DNA of 64,000 bases from Bdellovibrionales bacterium (GTDB lineage: Bacteria > Bdellovibrionota > Bdellovibrionia > Bdellovibrionales > UBA1609), in assembly GCA_965203095.1 (NCBI GenBank), contig OZ241877.1:64001-128000 (forward strand). Direction: 5' to 3'. The notes beneath the pieces are model-generated. The model saw nothing but the letters and a program-made list of their open reading frames with translations, was not told the DNA's origin and ran no database searches. How positions within the stretch are numbered: the first letter of the stretch is position 1; every line of letters begins with the position of its first letter. Made by a program: the position numbers and the translations under genes. Positions 29,224 through 40,200 of the stretch are shown piece after piece.

Positions 29224-30270
29224 ATTATCGAATTTATCGAATTTCGTTAATGTTCTTTGTTTCTTTCTCTTAAAAGTTCTATAACAAGTACTCACAGCAC
29301 CAACAACTAATGGAACTCCTAAGATTTGTCCAGTCCCTTCAATTCTACTGGGTAGCCTGGAGGGAGAATCAAGAGATGGAAAAAAGTTTCCCACAAGAGT
29401 AGTATCTATACCGGCATCCAAGGTGATTATTTTGGCTATAAAAAATAGCACAGCAGTAGGCACACCAAATATAGCCATATTAGAGACAAAGAAAAATAAG
29501 CTATCTGATTGTACTTTCAATTTTTTAAGGGCAAAGTAGGTAGGAAAGTTTTCTTCTTGTTTAGCCAACTTAGAGAGGCGAGAAAGTTTTAAACTATTCT
29601 GTAAGGCTTGACTTCTTCCCGATATCGATAGTCCTCTCTGGAGTTGAGGTGCCTTTGAGTAAAGTTGAGGCGTCTTTGAGGGAGACAAATAGTTTTTATC
29701 AATATGTTCCACCACAAAACTGGTGCTCATCTTTGTATTTGGCAAGCCGTAAAAATGGCCAATAAGATCACGAGCGGGGCCTTCTAACAGATTATTAAGA
29801 GCTGTTTTTAGTTTTTCCCTATCTTTTAACAAAATGGCCTGGCCAATGGCTGTTTCTTCCATCTTAGGAACTTTTATCCACTCACCTCCCAGTTCGATTG
29901 AAGGAGAGATTCTACTAGAAAAAGAGGTATAACCAGACATTAAAAGCAGTAAAGCCTCTAACTCTTCAGAAAACTCTTTTTGGTGTTTTTTAGCTTTAAT
30001 TATTTGATGAATAATGCTGTCGCCTTTTTTATCCACATAAGAGATGGCAGTTATAAAATCCTCCACAGGGCCATCTAATAGCCGGCTCATCTCTTCTGAA
30101 TATTGGCTATAATCTGAATTTTTGACAGCCTCATAAATAGGAGAGGGTTTTAAAGTTTCTTCATACTCAACTATAGATTGATCCCAGCGGGATCCATCAA
30201 ATGGAAAAAAATTCGCCCCCATGCTATGGGAAGAAAAAATCAAAGTTAAAAGTAAAGTTAAAAACTTCAT
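29221..30270 (-). CDS. Hypothetical exported protein with C-terminal hydrophobic segments
   Basis: Signal peptide MKFLTLLLTLIFSSHSMG; two C-terminal TM-like stretches. Confidence 0.7.
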   Translation of the reverse strand: MKFLTLLLTLIFSSHSMGANFFPFDGSRWDQSIVEYEETLKPSPIYEAVKNSDYSQYSEEMSRLLDGPVEDFITAISYVDKKGDSIIHQIIKAKKHQKEFSEELEALLLLMSGYTSFSSRISPSIELGGEWIKVPKMEETAIGQAILLKDREKLKTALNNLLEGPARDLIGHFYGLPNTKMSTSFVVEHIDKNYLSPSKTPQLYSKAPQLQRGLSISGRSQALQNSLKLSRLSKLAKQEENFPTYFALKKLKVQSDSLFFFVSNMAIFGVPTAVLFFIAKIITLDAGIDTTLVGNFFPSLDSPSRLPSRIEGTGQILGVPLVVGAVSTCYRTFKRKKQRTLTKFDKFDN

Positions 30271-30422
30271 ATTTTGAGCCTATATTAAAAATGATTTTTA
30301 ATTTGTCAAAATAAAAAAAGAGATTTTGTAAATTTTTCACAAAATTTTAAAAAGCTTGAGTGGCCTCTTAGATACAAGCAGACTTAAAAAAACTTACGCC
30401 AGTTGTTCCCGCCAAACTTTGC

Positions 30423-31520
30423 TCAAAAAGCACTAATAAAGGATAAGCTTTGCTTTAAAAGATCCAACTGCTCTTTTGTGTGCTGAAAGTGAAGGCTCAA
30501 CCTTAAACCAGACCGGCCCTTAGGCACTGTGGGTTCTCGAATAGCGGGGATAAAAAAACCCTTCTGCTTTAACTTTCGCGAAAACTCTAAGGCGACTTTA
30601 GAATTTTTTAAAACAATAAAAAGAATGGGGCTTTCCGATAGGCTTAAGCCTAAATCTTTTCTTAACTGAAGAGCTTTTTGCCTGAGATTGAGGGCACGGT
30701 GCCTTTCTTTTTTTAAAACCCGCAAAACCGCCAACCACTGGAGCATAAGAAGAGGAGAAACAGCTGTGCTGTAAATAAAAGAACGGCAGTTGTTGATAAG
30801 ATATTTTTTTATCAAAACAGATGAGCCAACAAAAGCCCCCGAACAAGCTAAAGCCTTCCCTCCGGTATGAACGGTGACAATATGCTCTTTTTGTTTTAAA
30901 TCACTCACAAAACCTCCGAGGTTTTTCCCAAAAAGCCCTGTGCTGTGGGCTTCATCCACAAGTAAAAGAGCCTGATAAGCCTGTGCAAGGCGGGAAAGCT
31001 CTTCTAAGGGAGAAAAATCCCCCTCCATACTGAAAAGGCTTTCTGTGACGATCAATTTCCCTCCTTTTTCTTTTTTCAGTAAATCCTCAAGATGATTCCA
31101 ATCATTATGCCGAAAAATATGATAGGGCCTCCGGCTCAAACGAATGCCATCAATAAGGCTGGCATGACTTAGCTGATCGGAGAAGATCACCCTTTCCTTA
31201 GATAAAGCGGGAATAAGACCCAAATTGGCCTGATAGCCGGAACAAAAACTCAAAACTGCGGGCCGGCGGATAAATTGTGCCATTTGTTTTTCCGCTTGAA
31301 TATGATAAGGGCTTGTCCCCCCAATCAAACGGGAGGCCTTAGAAGACAAAGCCAACCCTTCCTCCCTCAGGCTTTTGATAAGATCTTTTTTAATCTCTGA
31401 ATGTTGGCTAAGATCCAAATAGTCATTAGAGCTAAAATCTATATCTTCTAAAGACCTGCATTTCCGGTAGAGGAGGTTTTGTTTTTTTTGCTCTATATCC
31501 TTTTTAAAAAAATCAAACAT
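30423..31520 (-). CDS. bioF: 8-amino-7-oxononanoate synthase (class II aminotransferase)
   Basis: DFSSNDYL, SGYQAN.G, HASLIDG, ESLFSMEGD, VDEAHSTG, GKAL. Confidence 0.88.
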   Translation of the reverse strand: MFDFFKKDIEQKKQNLLYRKCRSLEDIDFSSNDYLDLSQHSEIKKDLIKSLREEGLALSSKASRLIGGTSPYHIQAEKQMAQFIRRPAVLSFCSGYQANLGLIPALSKERVIFSDQLSHASLIDGIRLSRRPYHIFRHNDWNHLEDLLKKEKGGKLIVTESLFSMEGDFSPLEELSRLAQAYQALLLVDEAHSTGLFGKNLGGFVSDLKQKEHIVTVHTGGKALACSGAFVGSSVLIKKYLINNCRSFIYSTAVSPLLMLQWLAVLRVLKKERHRALNLRQKALQLRKDLGLSLSESPILFIVLKNSKVALEFSRKLKQKGFFIPAIREPTVPKGRSGLRLSLHFQHTKEQLDLLKQSLSFISAF

Positions 31521-31571
31521 TCTTCCCCTTTTACCTCAACAGAGCTTTTAAATAATTTTTCCCCATCAAGA

Positions 31572-32246
31572 TTATAAAAATTTTTGTTCCTTTAAATGGG
31601 ATAAAATTTTTTCTAAAAGTTCTTCTGGTGGATGGAGGGCATTCAATATCAACCATTTTTCAGAATAAGCTTTGGCCATTTTAAGGTAATAATCCCTCAC
31701 TCTTTGGTAAAAGGCGGGCCTTTCCTTTTCCATCCGATCCCGCAGGCCCTTTTTTAAAGAATAATGGCTTAAAAGAGGCAGTTGATCTTCTCTTGTTTTG
31801 GTTTTTTTTGAAGGGAGTCGCTTAAAAGCCTCCGCCACAGGCAGATCTAAAAGAATCCAAAGGTCTGGCTCACAACTCCCACAAATTTTTTGTTTTAAAA
31901 GCTGGATAAAAGCAGGATCCATCCCCTTCCCCCCACACTGATATGCCGAAGTGCTGGCATAATAACGATCGGATAAAACCCATTGGCCTTTTTCAAGGGC
32001 TGGCCGAATGACCTCCTCAATGTTTTGCTTTCTGTCAGCGTAAAAGAGCAAGCTTTCCGATAAGGGATTGAGGGCAAAATTTTTTTTAGCCAATAAAAGC
32101 TCCCTGACTTTTTCGCCAGCAGGGGTCCCCCCCGGTTCCTTAGTCAGAATAAAATCCTGACCCCTTTTTTTGAGCTGAGCTTGCAAAAGTGAGATTAAAG
32201 AGCTTTTGCCTGAACCATCTATCCCCTCAAAAGCTAAAAAAGCCAT
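31572..32246 (-). CDS. tmk: Thymidylate kinase
   Basis: FEGIDGSGKS, EPGGT, SDRY..ST.AYQ. Confidence 0.95.
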   Translation of the reverse strand: MAFLAFEGIDGSGKSSLISLLQAQLKKRGQDFILTKEPGGTPAGEKVRELLLAKKNFALNPLSESLLFYADRKQNIEEVIRPALEKGQWVLSDRYYASTSAYQCGGKGMDPAFIQLLKQKICGSCEPDLWILLDLPVAEAFKRLPSKKTKTREDQLPLLSHYSLKKGLRDRMEKERPAFYQRVRDYYLKMAKAYSEKWLILNALHPPEELLEKILSHLKEQKFL

Positions 32247-32350
32247 AATCTCAGTTTATAAATGAAATTTAGGGCAGAGGCTATGTTAAAAAAGGATTTT
32301 TAAAGTTTTTTTTGAAAAAATAGTGATGGCAGAGATAAAAGCTTATCTCC

Positions 32351-32866
32351 TTATTGTTTGATTCTCTCATAAATTAAAAAGGAAAAAGGCTGAGGCTCCG
32401 CCTTATCTATCCGGCTGACTTCCTGAAACTGATTCTCTGGTATTTCAGGATAAGAGGCATCCCCCTCATATTCCTTATGGATCCGGGTGATATACAGACG
32501 ATCAGTCATACTGAGAGTCTGTTTGTAAATCTCCCCTCCACCGGTGATAAAAATCTCATTTCCATATTTTTTTTGAATTTCCGCCCTTTGGCAATACTTT
32601 AAGACCTGATCTATTGAGCTAAAAGAAACCGCCTCCTTATCTTTAAATTTTTTATTTTTTGTTAAAACCACATTCAACCTGTTAGGCAAGGCATGGCCGA
32701 TGGAATCAAAAGTTTTTCTGCCCATAATCAAGACCTTATTTTCTGTTGTCTTGTAAAAATATTTCAGATCTTCTGGTATATGCCAGGGGAGTTTGTTGTT
32801 TAAACCAATCATATTATTTTTTGAAACGGCCACGATATGGGAAAATGTGAGGCTTTGAGGATTCAT
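32351..32866 (-). CDS. folA: Dihydrofolate reductase
   Basis: IG..NKLPWHIPEDL, IMGRKTFDSIG..LPNR, GGGEIY. Confidence 0.96.
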   Translation of the reverse strand: MNPQSLTFSHIVAVSKNNMIGLNNKLPWHIPEDLKYFYKTTENKVLIMGRKTFDSIGHALPNRLNVVLTKNKKFKDKEAVSFSSIDQVLKYCQRAEIQKKYGNEIFITGGGEIYKQTLSMTDRLYITRIHKEYEGDASYPEIPENQFQEVSRIDKAEPQPFSFLIYERIKQ

Positions 32867-32883
32867 AAATTAACAGGGCAAAG

Positions 32884-33201
32884 CTAATGAATAGTTTTGT
32901 CTTTATTCAAAATGGTATTGTCCACAATATGAAAGTAAGTTCGAACCAAAATTTCAAAATTTTCTGAATCGAGCATACTCAAATAGTTTTGTTTGGCCTT
33001 TATGCTTTTTTTGGAGACCAGTTCGGTAAATACCTTTTGTATTTTTTGCATATTTTTGGAGTCAAAAAAACTTTTTTCCTGTGTGGGATGGCGGAGGATA
33101 TGGGCCAGCTTTTTGTTGTCTTCAAAAAGCCAGTGAATGCCCTTAGTGGATTGATGAAATAAAAATTCTATTTCCTTTAATTGTCGTTTTTCAATTTTCA
33201 T
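32884..33201 (-). CDS. Hypothetical protein
   Basis: ORF with SD (AGGAGG) upstream, co-oriented with folA-tmk-bioF. Confidence 0.7.
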   Translation of the reverse strand: MKIEKRQLKEIEFLFHQSTKGIHWLFEDNKKLAHILRHPTQEKSFFDSKNMQKIQKVFTELVSKKSIKAKQNYLSMLDSENFEILVRTYFHIVDNTILNKDKTIH

Positions 33202-33246
33202 TAGCCCCTCCTGTGAATATCCCTATTTAATTTTTATTCTTTTCTT

Positions 33247-33335
33247 AGATCAAGGAATAAAAAAGAAAGCGGTCTAAAGGCTGGTTTTTTTCTTGTGCGA
33301 TCTATTAAATTACAAAGGTTTTTCACGAGCGACTA
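33247..33335. mobile_element. Degenerate hairpin-MITE family 1 copy lacking the core
   Basis: ...CTTGTGCGATCTA...GGTTTTTCACGAGCGACTA. Confidence 0.55.
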
Positions 33336-33392
33336 AACAGTCCCCCAGAAAAAACTTGCCCTGAAAGCTCAAAATAGAGTATTGAATAGAGT

Positions 33393-34055
33393 ATGAAGAA
33401 ATTTATTTTAAGAGCTTTAACCGGGCCGGTAAAGGGCCAAAAATTCCCATTAAAAAATGGCCTGCAAATTGGTCGCTTTAAGGGGGATATCTTACTTCAG
33501 GATGAGTTGGTTTCGTCCCTTCATGCAGAAATTTCTGTCAGCTCCAAAGGCAAAATCCTCATCTTTGACAAAGATTCAAAAAATCAAATCATTATGGAAG
33601 ATCAAAGAGTTGTAAAATCTATTTTAAAGCCCGGATCAAAGTTTCAAATCGGACAAACAGAATTTCAGTTAGAGCTTATCCCCGACACTGAGGAGCTTTG
33701 GGCTTTGTTTATTAAAAAAGCTGGAGGGAAAATACAAGATCAGGCCATCCGCCTTCAAGCCTTTGCTCAGGCCATTGAGTTTGTTTTTTTGTCCGGCCCT
33801 CAAGAAGGCCAGACCGGCCAGCTGTTTTATGGGCCGAGGGTTTTTGGAAGTCGATCTTTAGATTTTCCCATTTTTGAAAAAAAAGCTCCAGCAAAAGCCT
33901 TTGCCCTGATCCCTGGGCCTAAAGGTTCTGCTTTTTTTGCCACAAAACATCCTGCCACAGTTCAACTGAATGGGAAAAAAGTAAAAAAAGCCAAAATAAA
34001 AGACGGAGATAAAATTTCAGTAAGAGGTTCCACCTTAAAAATCAATATCAAATAA
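33393..34055 (+). CDS. Tandem FHA-domain protein
   Basis: IGR...DI.L.D..VS..HA; second FHA-like domain ending ..NG.......+.DGD.I. Confidence 0.8.
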   Translation: MKKFILRALTGPVKGQKFPLKNGLQIGRFKGDILLQDELVSSLHAEISVSSKGKILIFDKDSKNQIIMEDQRVVKSILKPGSKFQIGQTEFQLELIPDTEELWALFIKKAGGKIQDQAIRLQAFAQAIEFVFLSGPQEGQTGQLFYGPRVFGSRSLDFPIFEKKAPAKAFALIPGPKGSAFFATKHPATVQLNGKKVKKAKIKDGDKISVRGSTLKINIK

Positions 34056-34162
34056 GGAGTAAGCATCTCCTTATAAAGGGAATACTCCTGTTTTTTTGTG
34101 AAAAGGGAACAGGGGCGACCAGCTTCTTTATCATGAGAGCATCCCGCCCTATACATGCTTTT

Positions 34163-35083
34163 TTAAATCTCAGTATAGGCCGGAATGCGGACATAAGATT
34201 CCTCCCCTTCTAAGGGGACTTTGTCTGTTTTGAATTTTGAGTTCAAATACTTTAAATCATCATAAGGAATACCTAATTCTTTAGATATATAAGATAAAGA
34301 GGAAGGACTCCTAAGAGAGATCAAGTCATACTCTAAAGGCTCTTTGTAATCCAAATTATAAAAACCATAGGCACGGGGTTTGAGGGCAATTTTTTTCATA
34401 GCCATAATTTTAGGAACATAGTTTCTGGTTTCTGGTGGGAGAGCTTTTCGCTGGACCAATCGCCAAAAATTTTTACTCTTGTGCTTTTTAATGGCCCGAA
34501 TCACTCTATTTTCCCCACAATTATACGCGGCCATGCTCAAACGCCAATCACCAAAAATAGCATACAGATCTTTAAGGTACCAAATGGCGGCCCTTGTGGA
34601 TAAATAAACATCCTGCCTCTCATCCACATAAGAATCCACCCGCAAACCATACTGCCTCCCTGTGGGCCGAATAAACTGCCAATAACCCACTGCATTGGCT
34701 GAACTTTTGGCATAAGGGTAAAAACCCGACTCCGCCATAACCATATAAACCAAGTCCTTAGGAAGTCCCTCTTCCTGTAAAATATCCCCCATAAAATAAA
34801 TATATCTGCGAGATCGCTCCAAATATCTCCTCATATCATCCTTTAAGGGCTTTTTTGATAAACGGCTAATCCAATGTTTGACATACGAGTTATTGTCTAT
34901 GGGAAAAGGCTTGTAATCTATTTCTGGCCTATCCTCTGTGTCTACATCAGAGTGAGAGGCTATAAACAAACCACTCAGGTCAGAATAAGGATCTAAAGGC
35001 TCTGCCACCTGCAAAGGGGCACAGGAGATCCCGCAACATAAAAAGAGCACAGTGAGCCACAGTGGGAGAAAAACTCTCATCAA
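34163..35083 (-). CDS. Lytic transglycosylase (SLT, MltD-like) lipoprotein
   Basis: MAESGF, AVGYWQFI..TG..YGL, AAYNCGE, ETRNYVPKI. Confidence 0.9.
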   Translation of the reverse strand: MMRVFLPLWLTVLFLCCGISCAPLQVAEPLDPYSDLSGLFIASHSDVDTEDRPEIDYKPFPIDNNSYVKHWISRLSKKPLKDDMRRYLERSRRYIYFMGDILQEEGLPKDLVYMVMAESGFYPYAKSSANAVGYWQFIRPTGRQYGLRVDSYVDERQDVYLSTRAAIWYLKDLYAIFGDWRLSMAAYNCGENRVIRAIKKHKSKNFWRLVQRKALPPETRNYVPKIMAMKKIALKPRAYGFYNLDYKEPLEYDLISLRSPSSLSYISKELGIPYDDLKYLNSKFKTDKVPLEGEESYVRIPAYTEI

Positions 35084-35113
35084 GACTGTAATCGGATTAT
35101 TTTGTAAGTTTTC

Positions 35114-35584
35114 TTAAGACTTTTGTCCGATAAAAGCCGGATTTGGGGCTGAAGACAGGGCAGAGAAGGCTCTCGCATACTGAAGAACCTGGTCTAAAAG
35201 AGAGCCTATGCCATTAGTCCGGCGAAGGCTCAAATACCGACTCAGCTGGAGTTGCTCAATAAATAAGGGGGGATCTTGCAAAATCTCTTGGGCTGTTCTC
35301 TTTGTATAAAATTTAATTATAATAGCTAAAATCCCCTTGGTTATCAGCCCTTCGCTATCCCCCATAAAAATAATCTGACCCGAATCGCCCATTTCCGGTT
35401 TCAGCCATAAAGGGGATTGGCAAGCTTTAATGAGCCACTTATCTTTTTTATCCTCTTCATTAAATTTTTCCAGCTTTTTTCCAAAATCAATAATGGCTCT
35501 ATAATTTTTCTCCCAAGTATTTTCTGGAGGGAAGATTTGCATTATCATTTTGTTTCTGTCTGTCATACTCTGCCACCTTAACAT
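35114..35584 (-). CDS. sufE: SufE family Fe-S protein
   Basis: IKACQS.LW, GDS..LITKG, LS..R.NG. Confidence 0.85.
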   Translation of the reverse strand: MLRWQSMTDRNKMIMQIFPPENTWEKNYRAIIDFGKKLEKFNEEDKKDKWLIKACQSPLWLKPEMGDSGQIIFMGDSEGLITKGILAIIIKFYTKRTAQEILQDPPLFIEQLQLSRYLSLRRTNGIGSLLDQVLQYARAFSALSSAPNPAFIGQKS

Positions 35585-35726
35585 GGGCGGGCCAAAAATT
35601 AAATAGTTAACAAGGTTTTTTACGGGGGATTAAATAAAAGCATGATTTTTTAAACAGATTAGGGTATAAAGGATTAAAGGCTTTGCAAGCCTCTTTTAAA
35701 AAAAGTCTGAAATAAGGGAGATCAAA

Positions 35727-36875
35727 ATGATTAAAATTCTCATTGTGGATGATGAACCTGACATAGAGAGCCTTTTTAAACAAAAATTTCGCAAAAAAAT
35801 TCAAAACAGGGAATGGTCCTTTGTTTTTTGTCATAACGGCGAAGAGGCCTTAGAGGCCCTGCAAAAACATGAGGATATGGACCTGGTTTTATCTGATATC
35901 AATATGCCCAAAATGGATGGCTTAAGCCTGTTAGAAAAAATCAAATCCAATCGCTTTGATGTAAAAACAATTATCATTTCAGCTTATGGAGATATGGGAA
36001 ATATCCGAACAGCAATGAATCGCGGGGCTTTTGACTTTATCACTAAACCTATTGATTTTGAGGATGTGGAGCAAACCCTCAACAAAACCATTCAACATGT
36101 GCAAACTCTCCGGCAAGCCTTAGAAAATCAAAACAAGTGGCTTTCCATCCAAAAAGAATTAGAAGTGGCCAAAAAAATACAAAAATCCATTTTGCCCACC
36201 TCCGCCTCCCCTACTCCAAAATGTGATATTTTTTCCCATAATGCTCCAGCTAAAGAAGTGGGAGGGGATTATTACGATCTGTTTCTAATAGATAAAGAAC
36301 ACTTGGCCCTGGTGATAGCGGATGTCTCAGGTAAGGGGATCTCTTCAGCACTATTTGCTGTGGTCAATCAAACTTTAATGAAAAGCACGGCGGGTCAGTT
36401 TCTCTCTCCAAAAAAATGTATTGAATCGGTTAATCTGAATTGTTCAAAAAACAACAGCAACTGCATGTTCGCTACAGTATTTTACGCGATTTTGAATTTG
36501 AAACAAGGGAGTTTAAATTATTGCAATGCAGGCCATCTCAGCCCCTTTAAAATCCAAAAAGGAGGACCACTTGAGGCCCTTCCCCCTACAGGAGATATTC
36601 CTGTAGGTGCTAAAGAAAATTTTGAATTTCACGAAAAAAAGAGCTATTTAAAGCCGGGGGAACGGCTCTTCCTTTACACTGATGGGCTGACTGAGGCCCA
36701 CAACACCAAAAAAGAAGAGTTTGGGGAAAAAAGACTTACGGAAACTTTATCCCAAAGCCAAACTTTGCCTGTTCTCAAAGCAGGGGAAAGTATTTTAAAA
36801 TCTGTAAAAGATTTTTCTAAGGAGGCAGAACCTTATGATGACATCACTTTTGTTTTGGCCGAATATAAAGGCTAA
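35727..36875 (+). CDS. Response regulator receiver + SpoIIE/PP2C phosphatase
   Basis: ILIVDDE, SDINMPKMDG, VGGDYYD, ADVSGKG, YTDGLTEA, DDIT. Confidence 0.92.
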   Translation: MIKILIVDDEPDIESLFKQKFRKKIQNREWSFVFCHNGEEALEALQKHEDMDLVLSDINMPKMDGLSLLEKIKSNRFDVKTIIISAYGDMGNIRTAMNRGAFDFITKPIDFEDVEQTLNKTIQHVQTLRQALENQNKWLSIQKELEVAKKIQKSILPTSASPTPKCDIFSHNAPAKEVGGDYYDLFLIDKEHLALVIADVSGKGISSALFAVVNQTLMKSTAGQFLSPKKCIESVNLNCSKNNSNCMFATVFYAILNLKQGSLNYCNAGHLSPFKIQKGGPLEALPPTGDIPVGAKENFEFHEKKSYLKPGERLFLYTDGLTEAHNTKKEEFGEKRLTETLSQSQTLPVLKAGESILKSVKDFSKEAEPYDDITFVLAEYKG

Positions 36876-38004
36876 ATTTTTATTGTTTTTGATTGTTTTT
36901 CCTCTCCCTTCTCTATCACAAACCGAAGGAGTGACGAAACACAAGATCTTGTTTGGGCAATCCACTGCATTAACTGGTGCGGCAAAACGACTGGGGATAA
37001 ACATGAGGGCTGGGATTCTCTCCGCCTTTAATGCCGTCAATGAAAAGGGCGGTATCTATGGGAGAAAGCTGGAACTTATCTCCTTAGATGACTCTTATGA
37101 GCCAGAACTCAGTATCAAAAACACCAGAGAGCTTATCAACAAACACAAAGTTTTTGCCCTCATTGGAGCTGTGGGCACGCCCACTTCTAAGGCGGTGGCC
37201 CCTATTGTCTCTGAAGTCTCTATCCCCTATATCGGGCCTTTTACAGGGGCAGAGTTTTTGCGAGATCCCTCACAAAAAAATATTATCAATGTCCGGGCTT
37301 CTTATTTTCAGGAAATTCACAACCTTGTGGAGCGACTGATTGAGGATTTGAACATTAAAAAAATCTCTATCCTCTATCAAGACGACTCTTATGGCCGGGC
37401 CGGGCTGAAGGGGTTAAAAAAAGCCCTCCAAAAAAGAAATATGAAAATCCAATCGATGGGTATTTATTTGAGAAACACCACCGCTGTTAAAACCGCCCTT
37501 TTAGACATTATGGCTGGTCAACCCTCAGCGGTTTTGATTGTTGGAGCTTACCGTCCAGCGGCTACTTTTATCCAACTGGCGGACACTGTGGGCTTTAAAC
37601 CTCTCTTCCTCAGCCTCTCTTTTGTGGGGATTGAGGCCCTTCATGAAGAATTAAAAAATCAGCCCTCTGTAGTGGTGCTCAGCTCAGTAGTTCCCTTCCC
37701 CTTTCGTGCAGACAAGCCTTTAATCAGCCATTACCAAAAGGCCATTAAAAAAAACTTCAATTTTGTGTCCTTAGAGGGCTATCTTGTGGGCCAGCTAACA
37801 GTTATGGCCCTACAAAAGGCCGGACCCCATCTCACCCGCTCTAAATTCATAAAAGCCATTAAAAAAACCAAACATTTCTCTATCCATGACTTTATTTTAG
37901 AATATGGACCTAAAGATAACCAAGGTTCAGATAAAGTCTTTCTCAATGTTATTTCTAAGGGAAAGCTTTTTCCCATATCCAATTTGAAAGATATCCGCCA
38001 ATGA
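36835..38004 (+). CDS. Periplasmic ligand-binding protein (branched-chain amino acid type; start uncertain)
   Basis: GQS.ALTG.A, N..GGIYGRKLELI..DD.YEP, VGTPT, NVRASY. Confidence 0.88.
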   Translation: MMTSLLFWPNIKAKFLLFLIVFPLPSLSQTEGVTKHKILFGQSTALTGAAKRLGINMRAGILSAFNAVNEKGGIYGRKLELISLDDSYEPELSIKNTRELINKHKVFALIGAVGTPTSKAVAPIVSEVSIPYIGPFTGAEFLRDPSQKNIINVRASYFQEIHNLVERLIEDLNIKKISILYQDDSYGRAGLKGLKKALQKRNMKIQSMGIYLRNTTAVKTALLDIMAGQPSAVLIVGAYRPAATFIQLADTVGFKPLFLSLSFVGIEALHEELKNQPSVVVLSSVVPFPFRADKPLISHYQKAIKKNFNFVSLEGYLVGQLTVMALQKAGPHLTRSKFIKAIKKTKHFSIHDFILEYGPKDNQGSDKVFLNVISKGKLFPISNLKDIRQ

Positions 38005-40160
38005 ATGAACCCACTGTAAAAACGACAAAACCTAAAAAGAAAAAAAGAGGGATAATGAAAAGCCTCTCCTTTAAGCTCTATGGGATTTTATTGCTTTTTC
38101 TCAGTTTTATCCTCATTGTTAGCCTATTCAGCTGGAGATCTCTTTTAGAAGTTGTGAACATCCAAAAGATCTTGGCCACTAAAAATATCCCTGAGCTTAT
38201 TTTGGCCGGCAATATTGTCCAGCAAAGTGAAAGATTGCTGAAGTCAGCCCCTCAACTGATAGCCAGCCCCTCTGAGGTTTCGGCCAAACAGATTAAAAAG
38301 GAAATCCAACAGGACAGCCAAATTTTACAAGAGCAGTTGAACACTTTTGAAAAGTCCACCTTGGCACAAAATTCTTTAGAGCTACAAGGCTTAGTCCAAA
38401 AAATGACAGACAACCTGAAATTTATAGAACAATCTGTGGGAAGGCAAAGGTCTCTTTTGCAAAAACTCAAAAACATGTCGGATCAAATACGAAAACTCAA
38501 CCTGAGGCTTTACAAAACTCTGGTTGTGGAAATTGACGATAAAACTTTTGCTTTGGCCATTCAAACTCAAGCTATCTCTACCTCCCCTTCCTCCCCTGCA
38601 AAACCAACCTCACAACAGGCTATCCAACTTAAAGACATTCTTCTTTATAAGGAGCTGTTGAGCCTTCAAGCACAAATGAGTATAGCTGTCAATTTATTAA
38701 GGGAAGCGGGGGATCTGTCCAATGCTGATCTCATTCAACCTATAAGAGAGCGATTTTTGGCTTCCATTCAATCCTGTGAAAGATCAGTCCAATCCTTCGC
38801 GGGGGCTTTATCAAGCATCTCAAAGGACATTCAATCCCTCAAACGATTGGGCTTAGGAGAGGGAAAAAACATTTCCCTTTTTGATTTAAAAAAACAAATT
38901 TTAAATATTGAAAAAAAACAAAATCAATATCTTGAAAAAAACAGGGAAATCGCGAGCCAACTTTCAGAAACCATCAAAAACATTCACTTGAACATCAAAG
39001 CCAGTGGGAAAAAGAGCACGGTTCTATTTAAAAAATCCCTTAAGAAAAATCAAACTCTGCTTTTGGCTATCAATATTATCAGCTTGGCCGGCTTTTTTAT
39101 AGCTGTGGTTTTTTTAGTGGCTCCTTTGGCTCGCCGTTTAAACTACCTGGCTAAAAAAATGCAGAGCATGTCCAAAGGGGGCTTAAAGGATAAGGTCAAT
39201 GTCCAAGGGCAAGATGAAACGGCGGATATGGCTCGTGCTCTTGAGGCCCTTCGCCTTTATGCTTTAGAGGCTCAGCGGCTGGGTCTTGTGGAAAAACTGG
39301 CCGGAGAGGTTCAGGAAAAAAACAAAAAACTGGAAGAGACCATAGGCCGGCTGAAAAAAACACAAAGGCAATTAGCCGTTCAAGATAAACTGGCCTCCTT
39401 AGGACAACTCACCGCAGGCATTGCCCATGAGATCAAAAACCCTCTTAATTTCATAAATAATTTTGCTAAAATCTCTCAGGAATTGTTGAAAGAGCTGGAT
39501 TCAGATATTCAAAAAATAAAACCTGAAGGGGATGAAAAGATGAACATTTCCATTCAAGAAAACATGAAGGACATCAAGTCCAATATGGAAAAGATCAGCC
39601 AGCATGGGGATCGGGTGAGCGACATCATTACAGGGATGCTGGAGCACTCTCGCCGAGCCACAGGCCAAAAAGAGCAAGTCAATATCAACCGCTATATGGA
39701 GATTTACTCCAATCTGGCTTTTCATAGCAAAAGAGCCTCTAACTCCTCCTTTAATATGTCATTTAAAAAAGATCTTGATAAAAGTTTAGAGCCTATTACT
39801 GCTGTTCCCCAAGACATCAGCCGGATCATCCTTAACCTTGTGGCCAATGCCTGTGATGCCATAGAGGAAGACAATAAAAAAAACAAAAACTACTGGATAG
39901 AGTTGAAAACCAAAAAAATAGGGAATCAGGTGGAGATAAAAATCCGGGATAACGGAACAGGCATTCCAGAAAATATAAAAGATAAAATTTTTAACCCCTT
40001 TTGGACGACAAAAGAAACGGGGAAAGGCACAGGCTTAGGGCTGTCTCTCACCCATGATATTGTTCTTAAATACGGAGGGGCTTTATCTGTTCAATCAAAG
40101 GAAGGGGAATGGACAGAGTTTATCCTCAGCTTGCCCACAAAAAAAGAACCGGCAACCTAA
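38001..40160 (+). CDS. Membrane sensor histidine kinase (HAMP, HisKA, HATPase)
   Basis: Two TM segments, LGQLTAGIAHEIKNPLNF, NACDA, DNGTGI, GTGLGL. Confidence 0.93.
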   Translation: MNEPTVKTTKPKKKKRGIMKSLSFKLYGILLLFLSFILIVSLFSWRSLLEVVNIQKILATKNIPELILAGNIVQQSERLLKSAPQLIASPSEVSAKQIKKEIQQDSQILQEQLNTFEKSTLAQNSLELQGLVQKMTDNLKFIEQSVGRQRSLLQKLKNMSDQIRKLNLRLYKTLVVEIDDKTFALAIQTQAISTSPSSPAKPTSQQAIQLKDILLYKELLSLQAQMSIAVNLLREAGDLSNADLIQPIRERFLASIQSCERSVQSFAGALSSISKDIQSLKRLGLGEGKNISLFDLKKQILNIEKKQNQYLEKNREIASQLSETIKNIHLNIKASGKKSTVLFKKSLKKNQTLLLAINIISLAGFFIAVVFLVAPLARRLNYLAKKMQSMSKGGLKDKVNVQGQDETADMARALEALRLYALEAQRLGLVEKLAGEVQEKNKKLEETIGRLKKTQRQLAVQDKLASLGQLTAGIAHEIKNPLNFINNFAKISQELLKELDSDIQKIKPEGDEKMNISIQENMKDIKSNMEKISQHGDRVSDIITGMLEHSRRATGQKEQVNINRYMEIYSNLAFHSKRASNSSFNMSFKKDLDKSLEPITAVPQDISRIILNLVANACDAIEEDNKKNKNYWIELKTKKIGNQVEIKIRDNGTGIPENIKDKIFNPFWTTKETGKGTGLGLSLTHDIVLKYGGALSVQSKEGEWTEFILSLPTKKEPAT

Positions 40161-40200
40161 AATAAAATGCCCTCATGAAAGCAGGTTCTTATAAAAACTC